Positions 1 through 8,735 of a DNA stretch of 64,000 bases are shown here, piece after piece (position 1 is the first letter of the stretch; each line of letters opens with the position of its first letter). Source of the stretch: an uncultured Acidobacteriota bacterium (GTDB taxonomy: Bacteria > Actinomycetota > Acidimicrobiia > Spongiisociales > ZC4RG35); NCBI GenBank assembly GCA_963843585.1, contig CAWJLJ010000022.1, forward strand, positions 4,678 through 68,677, given 5' to 3'. Both the position numbers and the translations under genes were made by a program. Below the pieces are notes generated by a model. It was given only the letters and a program-made list of their open reading frames with translations. It was not told the origin of the DNA and ran no database searches.

Positions 1-640
1 GCTGAGACCACGACGTCGAACCCACGGCAGGACGGCACACGAATGACGTGGTGTCGTTCCAGTCCCCGGTCGGGTGGGCATCTATCTCTTCCTTGGTGAT
101 GACCCGCATCTGCTCGATCGGGAACCGCGCCTCGTGCAGTCTCCGGAAGATCTCAACCACCTGTTCCGCGACGGCGGCGTTCACGATCATCTCCCCGGTG
201 TGGAATCGCTGGTCGAATCCAAAATGGGTCATCGTCAGGTAGGAAAGCTCGTCGAGGGTCACCGGGCACTCCGGAACCCAACTGGAGCGAGCCAGGACAT
301 CGGGCGGGATCGGCTCGATCGTCGCCTGAAACTGATCGTCGGACGGCGCCGGGAGCAGATCCAGCGTCTCGAACTGCCTGTCCTGCATCTCCGGGGGTGT
401 CGGCTGCACCACCCCAAACTCATCGGGCCGAAGGGGCAGGAGCCTGGTGCCCATCCAGTCGGGCCGGGCATAGGGGTTGGTCGTGGTGGTCGTGGCCATC
501 GTGGTCGTGGTCGTCGGGGTCGTCGTGGTGGACGTGACCTGAGTTGTGGTCGTGGGGACGGTCGACGTGCTGGAGACAGCCGTGGAGGTGGGTGCACACC
601 CGGCCACGAGGACCAGGACGGCAACGAAGCCCCGTCGCAT
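1..640 (-). CDS. Lipoprotein with Thr-rich linker and M15-family (D,D-carboxypeptidase-like) peptidase domain; runs off the window
   Basis: Not in the ORF track. Manual translation from ATG 640 gives MRRGFVAVLVLVAGC (lipobox), a poly-Thr linker, then SSWVPECPV..LSYLTMTHFGFD..HTGEMIVN..FPIEQM..NDTTSFVCR..SWSQ. Confidence 0.8.
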   Translation of the reverse strand, partial: MRRGFVAVLVLVAGCAPTSTAVSSTSTVPTTTTQVTSTTTTPTTTTTMATTTTTNPYARPDWMGTRLLPLRPDEFGVVQPTPPEMQDRQFETLDLLPAPSDDQFQATIEPIPPDVLARSSWVPECPVTLDELSYLTMTHFGFDQRFHTGEMIVNAAVAEQVVEIFRRLHEARFPIEQMRVITKEEIDAHPTGDWNDTTSFVCRPAVGSTSWSQ

Positions 641-695
641 GGCATCGACGCTAACCGGGCCGAGAGCGCAATCGGCGGAGACGTAGGATTGGCCG

Positions 696-1115
696 ATGAC
701 TGCGGTCAGCCAGGCTGTTCGGGACTTTCTCGCCACCGGCCCTCTGGGTCACGTGGTGACACTGAATCCCGACGGCACACCGCACGTCACGCTGGCCTGG
801 GTTGGCGTCGATGGTGACGAGTTGGTCTGGTCCACCTTCTTCGATCAGCACAAGCTCGAATCGTTGCGGGCCGACCCGAGGATCACGATCTCCTTCCAGG
901 CCAACGAGCACAGTGGCGAAGGGCTACATCCGTACCTGGTGGCCAGAGGCACCGCCCGCATCACCGAAGGCGGGGCGATGCCCGTGATGGACCGGCTCGC
1001 CGAGGCGTACATCGGGCCGGGAGCCGTGTTCCCCAATCGGGACATGCCCGACGGTTTCACCATCCATGTCGAAGTGGAGCGGATCTACGGTCTCGGCCCC
1101 TGGGCGCAGCGGTAG
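696..1115 (+). CDS. PPOX-class (probably F420-dependent) oxidoreductase
   Basis: GHVVTLNPDGTPHVT..W and KLESLRADPRITIS motifs. Confidence 0.85.
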   Translation: MTAVSQAVRDFLATGPLGHVVTLNPDGTPHVTLAWVGVDGDELVWSTFFDQHKLESLRADPRITISFQANEHSGEGLHPYLVARGTARITEGGAMPVMDRLAEAYIGPGAVFPNRDMPDGFTIHVEVERIYGLGPWAQR

Positions 1116-1138
1116 TTTCCGGACGAGGAGGAACCGCA

Positions 1139-1363
1139 TTGTCATCCATCACCAAAACCATCAGGCTCTCGGGCCAGGCCGCCGACTCGATCGAAGATGC
1201 CGTCAGGACAGTCCTGGCCCGGGCGGCCTCCACCATCTCGGACATACAGAACTTCAGGATCGTGGAGGTCGGAGGCTCGGTGGACGACTCAGGGGTGCCT
1301 ACCCAATTCAGCGTGACCCTCGACATCACTTTCGGGATCAAGGACCCGGTCGAGCATGGCTGA
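1139..1363 (+). CDS. Dodecin-family small protein (divergent)
   Basis: 74 aa; K.I.L.G...SIEDAV..LARA..T pattern and C-terminal VTLDITF; GAGGAGG RBS upstream of TTG. Confidence 0.7.
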   Translation: MSSITKTIRLSGQAADSIEDAVRTVLARAASTISDIQNFRIVEVGGSVDDSGVPTQFSVTLDITFGIKDPVEHG

Positions 1364-1847
1364 TCCGATTCTCACCGACCACGAGATCAAGACCCTGGAG
1401 CCACAGTCGAGTCTGGCTGTGCGAGTTCGGGTTCCGATGGATCAGCTCGATCTGGGGGCGCTATTCGCCACCCTTCTCCCCCGTCTCCATGCCGTCGCCG
1501 CTGACGGCGGCCCACCCTATGGCAGGTATCACGAGTTCGGCCCAACCCAGGCCGACGTCGAGATCGGAATCCCGGTCGGCGACGTCTCGCCCGATCTCCC
1601 CGATCAAGGGGTCGGTGAGCACCCGATAGAGCCGTCCGAGCTCCCGGGAGGCCCGACAGCCGTTGCCATCCATCACGGGAGCTACGAGACACTCGGTCCC
1701 GCCTACGACCGGCTCCACGATTGGATCCATTCTCAGGGTCACGATGAAGGCCCCGGGCCGTGGGAGTCGTATCTCGACCTTCCCGATCAGGTTGAGGACG
1801 AAGCAAGCCTTCGGACGGTGTTGCACTGGCCTCTCCTGGAGAGATGA
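1356..1847 (+). CDS. GyrI-like small-molecule-binding protein
   Basis: GPPYGRY, DVEIGIPV, LPGG..AVAIHHGSYETL..AY, GPWESYL. Confidence 0.85.
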   Translation: MADPILTDHEIKTLEPQSSLAVRVRVPMDQLDLGALFATLLPRLHAVAADGGPPYGRYHEFGPTQADVEIGIPVGDVSPDLPDQGVGEHPIEPSELPGGPTAVAIHHGSYETLGPAYDRLHDWIHSQGHDEGPGPWESYLDLPDQVEDEASLRTVLHWPLLER

Positions 1848-1866
1848 CCGCGCCGAGGCGCCGGAT

Positions 1867-2854
1867 ATGAATGTCCCCATCCCCGAGCCCGCGTCACTGG
1901 GCCACGGGATCCACCTGATCCCGGCACCACTTCCCTTCAAGAGCCCGGCCTGGGTCAACACCTACGCCATCGAGGCAGATGGGGGGATCCTCCTCCTCGA
2001 CTGTGGGACGGACTGGGAGCCGGGACGGGAAGCGATTCGTGATGGGTTCCGGCGGCTCGGTCTGGACGAGTCGGCGGTGCACACGCTGGTCGTATCGCAT
2101 CTCCACCTCGATCACGTCGGTATGTCGGCCCGACTGGTCAGCGAGTTGGGCTGCCGGTTCGTGATGCACGAGAGGGCCGCCAAGCTGGTCGATCGTTACA
2201 ACGACACGCCCGGATACGTCGATCGGCTCCTTCGCATCGGCCGGACTCACGGCGTCCCATCTCGTGCGCTTGGCTCGGTTACCGGCGACCTGGCCACCCG
2301 CCCCGAGTACATGCCGCTAATCGATCCGCCGGATCACACGGTGGCCGACGGTGAGCGGATCGACATCGGCGATGGTCGCTCGCTCGAGGTGATTCACACC
2401 CCAGGGCACGAGCCGGCCCATATATGTCTGCGTGACTCGAGGACGGGGATCCTCTTCTCCGGTGACCACGTGTTGCCCCGCATCTCCCCGGTGATCATGT
2501 GGGACGAAGACCTCGGCGATCCTCTCGGCAACTATCTGGCCAGCCTCCAGAAGCTCCTCGCGAATGAATCCGCGAATCACCTACCCGGCACATGGCACTC
2601 TGATCGACCGGGGCGACGAGAGGGCACGACAGATCCTTCTCCATCACGATCGCCGGCTGCTCGACATGGCCGAGCTGGTCCGATCAGCCGACACCACCGC
2701 ATGGGAGGTGATGCTCAAGTCCTTCCGCCCCAATCTGACCCCGTTGGAGGCGAGGCTGGCCTTCTTGGAGACCGTCTCCCACCTCGAGCATCTGAGGATG
2801 ACGGGGAGACTCCAGACCGAGCAGCGCGACGGGACCGTGGTGTTCCGCCGCTGA
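1867..2854 (+). CDS. MBL-fold metallo-hydrolase with C-terminal winged-helix-like tail; frameshift near 2562
   Basis: SHLHLDH, HTPGH and SGDH in ORF 1663..3075; continues as YPAHG in ORF 2564..2854. Confidence 0.85.
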
Positions 2855-2909
2855 GGGTTTCTCGCTTCAGCGCGACGGGTAAATCAGGTCAACGACAACG
2901 GAGGAATGC

Positions 2910-3075
2910 ATGCCCGTACATCGTGGCAAGGACGGCAAAGGGCCCCTATTACCAGTGGGGCGACTCAGGCAAGAAGTACCACTATCAGGCCGGCGAGAAG
3001 AAGAGCCGAGAGTCCGCCAAGCAAAAGGCAACGAAGCAGGGACAGGCCGCCAGGGCATCCGGCTACAAGGGCTGA
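2910..3075 (+). CDS. Small basic protein (~54 aa); one extra base near 2945
   Basis: GGAGG RBS. Joining two frames gives MPVHRGKDGKGPYYQWGDSGKKYHYQAGEKKSRESAKQKATKQGQAARASGYKG*. Confidence 0.65.
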
Positions 3076-3125
3076 GCATTTTCTCCCCCTGAAGGGGGGA
3101 GTGCCGGCGGAGCCGGGAGGGGGAT

Positions 3126-3860
3126 TCATCCCTCGAGCAGGTGGACACCGTAGGCGACGACGAAACCGACCACCGTCAAAACGCCAACCGGTCTGCCCGC
3201 GTGCTCATATGCCTCTGGCATCATCGAAGTGGCGAGCATCGTGAGCACCGCCCCACCGGAGAAGGCGAAGACGAACGAGATGACGTCGGTCGACGCGCCG
3301 TCGAGGAGTAGATAGCCGGCCGCGGCGGCGAGGCCACACGCCAGGACCACGGCACCCCAGATCTCGAGAACCACCGAGCGCTTCCAGCCACCTTCGACCA
3401 GGGTGGTGGTGGCAGCGATCCCCTCGGGCAAGTTGGAGATGAAGACAGCCACCAGCATCGCCACACCGATCTCGTTGGTCTGGAGCAGCGTCAGGCCGAG
3501 CACCGCGGTCTCCGGTACTCCATCGAGCAGAGCGCCGAGGAGGATCGACAGCCCGGCTCCCTCCTCCGCGTTCGGCATGGCGTTGCCCTGACGTCGTCGC
3601 TGGAATCGCCCGATGAGCATGTCGCCGAAGGTGAAGGCCGCTGCCCCGGCGAAGATCCCGAGCACCACCGACCAGGGGCCGCCGCCGACCTCGGTCGCCT
3701 CGGCGATCAGTTCGTACGCAACTGCGCTGAGCAGAACACCGGCCCCGAAGGCCATGATGAGACCCAGGGTGCGGCGGTGTGGTGGGCGACCGAGGGCCAC
3801 CAGGGCACCGATCAGAAGCGAACTGGCAGCAAACAAACCCCAGAGAAATGCCTCGGCCAC
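3126..3860 (-). CDS. ZIP-family metal transporter
   Basis: Multiple TM segments; LDGVPE and SNLPEG motifs. Confidence 0.85.
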   Translation of the reverse strand: MAEAFLWGLFAASSLLIGALVALGRPPHRRTLGLIMAFGAGVLLSAVAYELIAEATEVGGGPWSVVLGIFAGAAAFTFGDMLIGRFQRRRQGNAMPNAEEGAGLSILLGALLDGVPETAVLGLTLLQTNEIGVAMLVAVFISNLPEGIAATTTLVEGGWKRSVVLEIWGAVVLACGLAAAAGYLLLDGASTDVISFVFAFSGGAVLTMLATSMMPEAYEHAGRPVGVLTVVGFVVAYGVHLLEG

Positions 3861-3861
3861 G

Positions 3862-6393
3862 TCAGTTGGCGCTCAGCACCGCTTCGACCGCGAACTCACC
3901 CTCGGAGTACAGCACCTCGCCGGCTCGAGCTGCCGCCTTCAGATCATCCTCCGCCTGCCGCACCAGCTCGATCGACTCCGGACTGGCCGAGACCGACACC
4001 GAATCCACCTCGGCCCGCATCGAGACCTTGGCGTCGGATTTGGCCTTACGCACCGCGGAAAGGACGGCACCGGTCTCGGTCAGGACGGCAGGGTCCCCGG
4101 AGTAAGGCGCAAGCTCGTCGACATTGGGCCAGCTCGCCCGATGAACCGAGCCCTCTCTCCACCAGGACCAGACCTCCTCAGTCACGAAGGGCAGGAACGG
4201 GGCAAAGAGCCGCAGATACACCCCGAGCGCCATTTGCAGCGCGGCATGGGCCGATGCGCTCTCGCTCCCACCGCCCTCGTACGCCCGCCCCTTGACCAGC
4301 TCCAGGTAGTCGTCGGTCCAGGTCCAAAACGATCGCTCGACGATCTCGAGAGCACGGGCATAGTCGAACGCATCGAACGCCTCGGTCGCCCGCTCCACCA
4401 CCCTGGCGAGGGCGGCCAGCATCGAGCGGTCGAGTGACACCGAGATGGCCGATGCATCCACGTCTTCGGCGAACCCGAGGGCGAAACGTGATGCGTTCAG
4501 GATCTTCGTGGCGAGACGCCTCCCGATCCTCATGACACCGTGGTCGACGGCGGTGTCGGTGCCGGGACGACCGTTGCAGGACCAATAGCGGACGGCCTCC
4601 GCACCGTGCTCTTCGATCAGGGCGTGGGGTGTGATCACGTTTCCCTTGGACTTGGACATCTTCTTCCTGTCCGGGTCGAGCACCCAGCCATTGATCGTGG
4701 TGTGGGCCCATGGCAGGGCATCGTGCTCGTAGTGCGAGCGGACGATGGTCGAGAAGAGCCACGTGCGGATGATCTCCGGGCCCTGCGGCCGAAGATCCAT
4801 CGGGAAGACCCGGGAGAAGAGGTCTGGATCGTCGTCCCAGTGCCCGGCGATCTGGGGAGTGAGCGAAGACGTGGCCCAGGTGTCCATGATGTCCGGATCA
4901 CCCACGAAACCTCCTGGTTGGCCTCGCTGCCCCTCGTCGTAGCCGGGGGCGGTGGCCGAAGTGGGGTCGACGGGCAGTGACGCCTCGTCAGGGAGGATCG
5001 GGTGGTCGTACTCGACCGCCCCGTCGGCCCCGACCGGGTACCAGACCGGGATGGCCACGCCGAAGAACCGCTGCCGCGAGATCAGCCAGTCCCCGGTCAA
5101 CCCGTTGACCCAGTGCTCGTAGCGCACCTGCATGAAGTCCGGCACCCAGTCCAGCTCGGAGCCGCGTTTCAGGAACTGCGACCTCAGCTCTTGGTCCCGG
5201 CCACCGTTGCGGATGTACCACTGCCGGCTGGAGACGATCTCGAGAGGGCGGTCGCCGTTCTCGTAGAACTTGACCGGATGGGTGATCGGACGCGGCTGAC
5301 CATCGAGATCGGCCGACTCGGTGAGGAGCTCCTCCATCCGCTTCTGGGCCTGATTGGGGTAGAGCCCGGCGATCTGCCGGTATGCCTCACGACCCGACTC
5401 GGAGTCGATCCAATCCGGCACTTCCTGATGAAGACGACCCGTCTGCTGGATCAGGGCGCGGGTGGGCAAATCGAGCTCACGCCACCAGGTCACGTCGGTG
5501 GTGTCGCCCCATGTGCAGATCATGGCGATGCCACTCCCCTTCTCCGGGTCGGCCAGATGATGCGATACGACCGGAAGCTCGACCTCGAAGAGCGGGGAGG
5601 TGACAGTCGTTCCGAAAAGCGCCTGATACCGCTCGTCCTCGGGATGGGCGACCAGGGCGACGCAGGCGGCGATCAGCTCGGGTCGCGTGGTCTCGATGAA
5701 TAGCGGGGACCCGTCCGGTTTCCGGAAGGCCACCCGGTAGTAGGCGGCGGGACGTTCCCTGTCTTCCAGCTCGGCTTGGGCGATCGCCGACTTGAAATCG
5801 ATATCCCAGAGCACCGGTGCCTCCTGGGAGTAGGCCTCACCCCGGGCCAGGTGGTGAAGGAATGCCTTCTGGCTGGTGCGCTGGCTATGGAGATCGATGG
5901 TGGCATAGCTCTGACTCCAATCGACGGACAACCCGAGCGTGCGCCACAGGTCTTCGAAGACCTTCTCGTCCTCGGCGGTGAGACCGTGGCACAGCTCGAT
6001 GAAGTTCCGTCTGCTGATCGAGAGCGGTGGATCGGATGGCTCATCTGGTGGGGTGAAGTCAGGGTCATAGGGCAGGGTCGGGTCGCAACGCACCCCGTAG
6101 TAGTTCTGCACCCGCCGCTCGGTAGGGAGACCGTTGTCGTCCCAGCCCATCGGGTAGAAGACCTCGTTGCCTTTCATCCGGCGGTACCGGGCATGAGCAT
6201 CGGTCTGGACATACCCGAAGACCGATCCCATGTGGAGCGAGCCGGAGACGGTCGGGGGCGGGGTGTCGATCGAGAAGATCTCTGAGCGCTCCTTGGAGCG
6301 ATCGAATCGATAGGTTCCCTCGTTCTCCCAGCGCTCCATCCACTTCGCCTCGAGCCCTTCGAGGGCAGGTTTCTCCGGGATGTTCCTGGTCAT
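3862..6393 (-). CDS. valS: Valine--tRNA ligase
   Basis: DTPPPTVSGSLHMGS (HIGH-like), DWLISRQR, KMSKS; start moved to MTRNIP. Confidence 0.97.
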   Translation of the reverse strand: MTRNIPEKPALEGLEAKWMERWENEGTYRFDRSKERSEIFSIDTPPPTVSGSLHMGSVFGYVQTDAHARYRRMKGNEVFYPMGWDDNGLPTERRVQNYYGVRCDPTLPYDPDFTPPDEPSDPPLSISRRNFIELCHGLTAEDEKVFEDLWRTLGLSVDWSQSYATIDLHSQRTSQKAFLHHLARGEAYSQEAPVLWDIDFKSAIAQAELEDRERPAAYYRVAFRKPDGSPLFIETTRPELIAACVALVAHPEDERYQALFGTTVTSPLFEVELPVVSHHLADPEKGSGIAMICTWGDTTDVTWWRELDLPTRALIQQTGRLHQEVPDWIDSESGREAYRQIAGLYPNQAQKRMEELLTESADLDGQPRPITHPVKFYENGDRPLEIVSSRQWYIRNGGRDQELRSQFLKRGSELDWVPDFMQVRYEHWVNGLTGDWLISRQRFFGVAIPVWYPVGADGAVEYDHPILPDEASLPVDPTSATAPGYDEGQRGQPGGFVGDPDIMDTWATSSLTPQIAGHWDDDPDLFSRVFPMDLRPQGPEIIRTWLFSTIVRSHYEHDALPWAHTTINGWVLDPDRKKMSKSKGNVITPHALIEEHGAEAVRYWSCNGRPGTDTAVDHGVMRIGRRLATKILNASRFALGFAEDVDASAISVSLDRSMLAALARVVERATEAFDAFDYARALEIVERSFWTWTDDYLELVKGRAYEGGGSESASAHAALQMALGVYLRLFAPFLPFVTEEVWSWWREGSVHRASWPNVDELAPYSGDPAVLTETGAVLSAVRKAKSDAKVSMRAEVDSVSVSASPESIELVRQAEDDLKAAARAGEVLYSEGEFAVEAVLSAN

Positions 6394-6487
6394 CGGGGGG
6401 TGAGGGTACCGGCCGAACGAGGATGGATCCGCGCCGGCAATGACGGTCGTAACGCTTCGGGAACGCATGTCGCGGTAGCTTCATGAC

Positions 6488-7656
6488 GTGAACGAGGCGA
6501 CACCCAATGCGGTCTGGCATCGACGGCTGGCGATCGGCGCCGCCGCTCTGATCGCGGCCTTCTATCTCGGCTCGTTGCTCGCTATTCGGGAACGCGGGGC
6601 CGTGGGTGTGGGCAGACGCTCTCGGCTTCTCCGCTCTGGATCTTGTCGTTCACCGTGGTGGGGGTGATCATCGCCTTCCATCGCTCCGGGAAACCCGGAT
6701 CGCCTGGATCTGTCTCGGATTCAGCGGCGTCTGGTCGATCTGGATCTTCCTCGACGGGCTCCTCGCCTATGAAGCCGCCAATCCCGGCTCCTTGAGCCGA
6801 CCTGACCTGATCGCCGCATTGGCCTATCCGTTGTGGGTGCCAGGAGTCGGTCTGATCGGATTCCTTCTCTTGTTGTTCCCCGACGGGCACCTTCCCTCGC
6901 CTCGCTGGCGGCCATGTCGCCTGGCTGCTCGGCTGGCACCATTGCGCTCCTCACCCTCACCGGTTTCTTCCTTCCGGGAGTGATCCAGGAGACGGAGTAT
7001 GTGAACCCGCTGGGCATCGAAGCGTTGGAGACGTTCGATCAAGGAGCAGCCTGGTTTCGCCCTCGTGGTGATCCTCGTCTTGTGCATCGTGGCTTCGGCC
7101 GTCTCCGTCGTCGTCCGCTATCGAACGGCGGTCGGAAGCTGAGCGCCTGCAACTGAAATGGATGATGGCGGCAGGTGTGGTGGCGGCCGCCGCCTATGCG
7201 CTCCTCTTCTTCTGGGACGAACTTCAACATCCAACTGGTGTGGTCGCTCATCCCGATCGCCATCGGGCTGTCAATGCACCGCCACCACCTGTATGACATC
7301 GACCGACTGATCAGCCGGACGATCGTCTACGCGGTCGTGGTCGGCGCCCTGGCAATCGTGTTCGCCTCGGTCATCTTCGTCCTTCAAGTGGTGTCGCCCT
7401 TCCAGAGACGATTTGGCGGTGGCTGCATCGACATTGGCGGCGGCCGCTGCTTTCAACCCGATTCGAAGCAGGGTCCAGGAGCGGGTGGATCGCCGATTCA
7501 ACCGGTCCCGCTACGACGCCGAGAGAGTGTCGGTCGAGTTCGCCACCGGTCTGCGCGACGAGACCGACTCCGACCAAATCTTGGACGGATGGGCAGGCGT
7601 GGTGACCCGAGACCATGCAGCCGACGAGCATGGGCATCTGGTTGAAGCCAGACTGA
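6488..7656 (+). CDS. Multi-pass membrane protein resembling the membrane part of actinobacterial sensor kinases, with no kinase domain; several frameshifts
   Basis: Fragments in different frames: [58 protein letters not shown]. Confidence 0.7.
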
Positions 7657-7659
7657 GAG

Positions 7660-7687
7660 TTGCCATCTCCTGCCAGGCGCGTATGCT
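7660..7687 (+). promoter_or_regulatory. Putative housekeeping-sigma promoter of the his operon
   Basis: TTGCCA (7660-7665), 16 nt spacer, TATGCT (7682-7687); ends 10 nt before the leader ATG. Confidence 0.55.
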
Positions 7688-7697
7688 CATATCCGAC

Positions 7698-7754
7698 ATG
7701 AACCGGCTTTTCGCCCACGGCCATCATCACCATCACCCTTCATGGGTCGGATGA
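7698..7754 (+). CDS. hisL: his operon leader peptide [18 protein letters not shown]
   Basis: 6 His codons, 5 of them consecutive (7722-7736); ends 108 nt upstream of hisG and overlaps the attenuator helices. Confidence 0.85.
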   Translation: MNRLFAHGHHHHHPSWVG

Positions 7755-7780
7755 CGATGGCCTGAGGCAGAGAAGCCACC

Positions 7781-7819
7781 AACGCAAACGCCGACCCAAG
7801 CGGTCGGCGTTTCTCGTTT
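7781..7819 (+). terminator. his attenuator terminator hairpin
   Basis: AAACGCCGACC (7786-7796), loop CAAGC, GGTCGGCGTTT (7802-7812), then CTCGTTT. Confidence 0.8.
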
Positions 7820-7862
7820 ACGAGGGCGATATCCCGGCCGCACGGCGGGAAGGAACCCCGAC

Positions 7863-8735
7863 ATGAGCATCGAGCCACCGACGATCCACCTGGCCCTCCC
7901 CAAGGGGCGAATGGAGACAGGTGTCTTCAACCTGCTCTCCGCCGCCGGCATCGAGCTCCACGTGGGACAACGGGGTTACCGACCGGTGCTCTCCGAGCCC
8001 GGGTTCGAGGTGAAGCTCCTCAAACCACAGAACATCGTCGAGATGCTGGCGGTCGGGACCCGCGACATCGGATTCGCCGGCGCCGACTGGGTGGCCGAGC
8101 AGCAAGCCGATCTGGTCGAGTTGCTCGACACCGGTCTCGACCCGGTTCGCATCGTGGCTGCCGCCTCGGAGAGCCTGCTCGATGAGGGCGGCAATCTCCC
8201 GAATCGAACACTCGTCGTGGCCAGTGAGTACGAGCGGCTCACCCGGTCCTGGATCGCCAATCGACAACTCGACGCGTCCTTCGTTCGATCGTACGGGGCG
8301 ACGGAGGTCTTCCCACCCGAGGACGCCGACGTGATCGTCGACAACACCGCCACCGGGGAGACCCTCGCCGCCAACGGGTTGGCCGTGGTCGATGAGCTGA
8401 TGCCGTCTTCGACCCGCTTCTACGCGAGTCAGGGCGCCGTGGCCGATCCCGACAAGAAGAGCGCGATCGACGGGCTGGTGTTGAGCCTGCGCTCGGTGCT
8501 CGATGCGCGGAAGAGAGTCATGCTCGAGCTCAACGTGTCGCTCGCCGACCTCGACGCTGTCATCGACGCACTGCCCGCCATGCGCGAGCCCACAGTGGCC
8601 ACACTCCATGGTGGTGCCGGTATGGCGGTCAAGGCGGCCGTGCCCCGAAACGAGCTCCCCCGACTGATCCCCCGGTTGAGGCAACTCGGCGCCACAGACA
8701 TCGCAGTCTCGAAGCTGGAGCAAATCGTCCCATGA
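7863..8735 (+). CDS. hisG: ATP phosphoribosyltransferase (long form)
   Basis: LALPKGR, DIGFAGAD, YGATE, IVDNTATGETL, plus C-terminal regulatory domain. Confidence 0.96.
   Translation: MSIEPPTIHLALPKGRMETGVFNLLSAAGIELHVGQRGYRPVLSEPGFEVKLLKPQNIVEMLAVGTRDIGFAGADWVAEQQADLVELLDTGLDPVRIVAAASESLLDEGGNLPNRTLVVASEYERLTRSWIANRQLDASFVRSYGATEVFPPEDADVIVDNTATGETLAANGLAVVDELMPSSTRFYASQGAVADPDKKSAIDGLVLSLRSVLDARKRVMLELNVSLADLDAVIDALPAMREPTVATLHGGAGMAVKAAVPRNELPRLIPRLRQLGATDIAVSKLEQIVP

Noticed and set aside
478-560. GTCGTG-type short repeats
   Set aside because: They encode the poly-Thr linker of the lipoprotein on the minus strand.
1663-3075. 470-aa MBL fusion ending in a basic domain
   Set aside because: A frameshift artefact joining the MBL N-terminus, off-frame sequence and the separate small gene, which has its own RBS.
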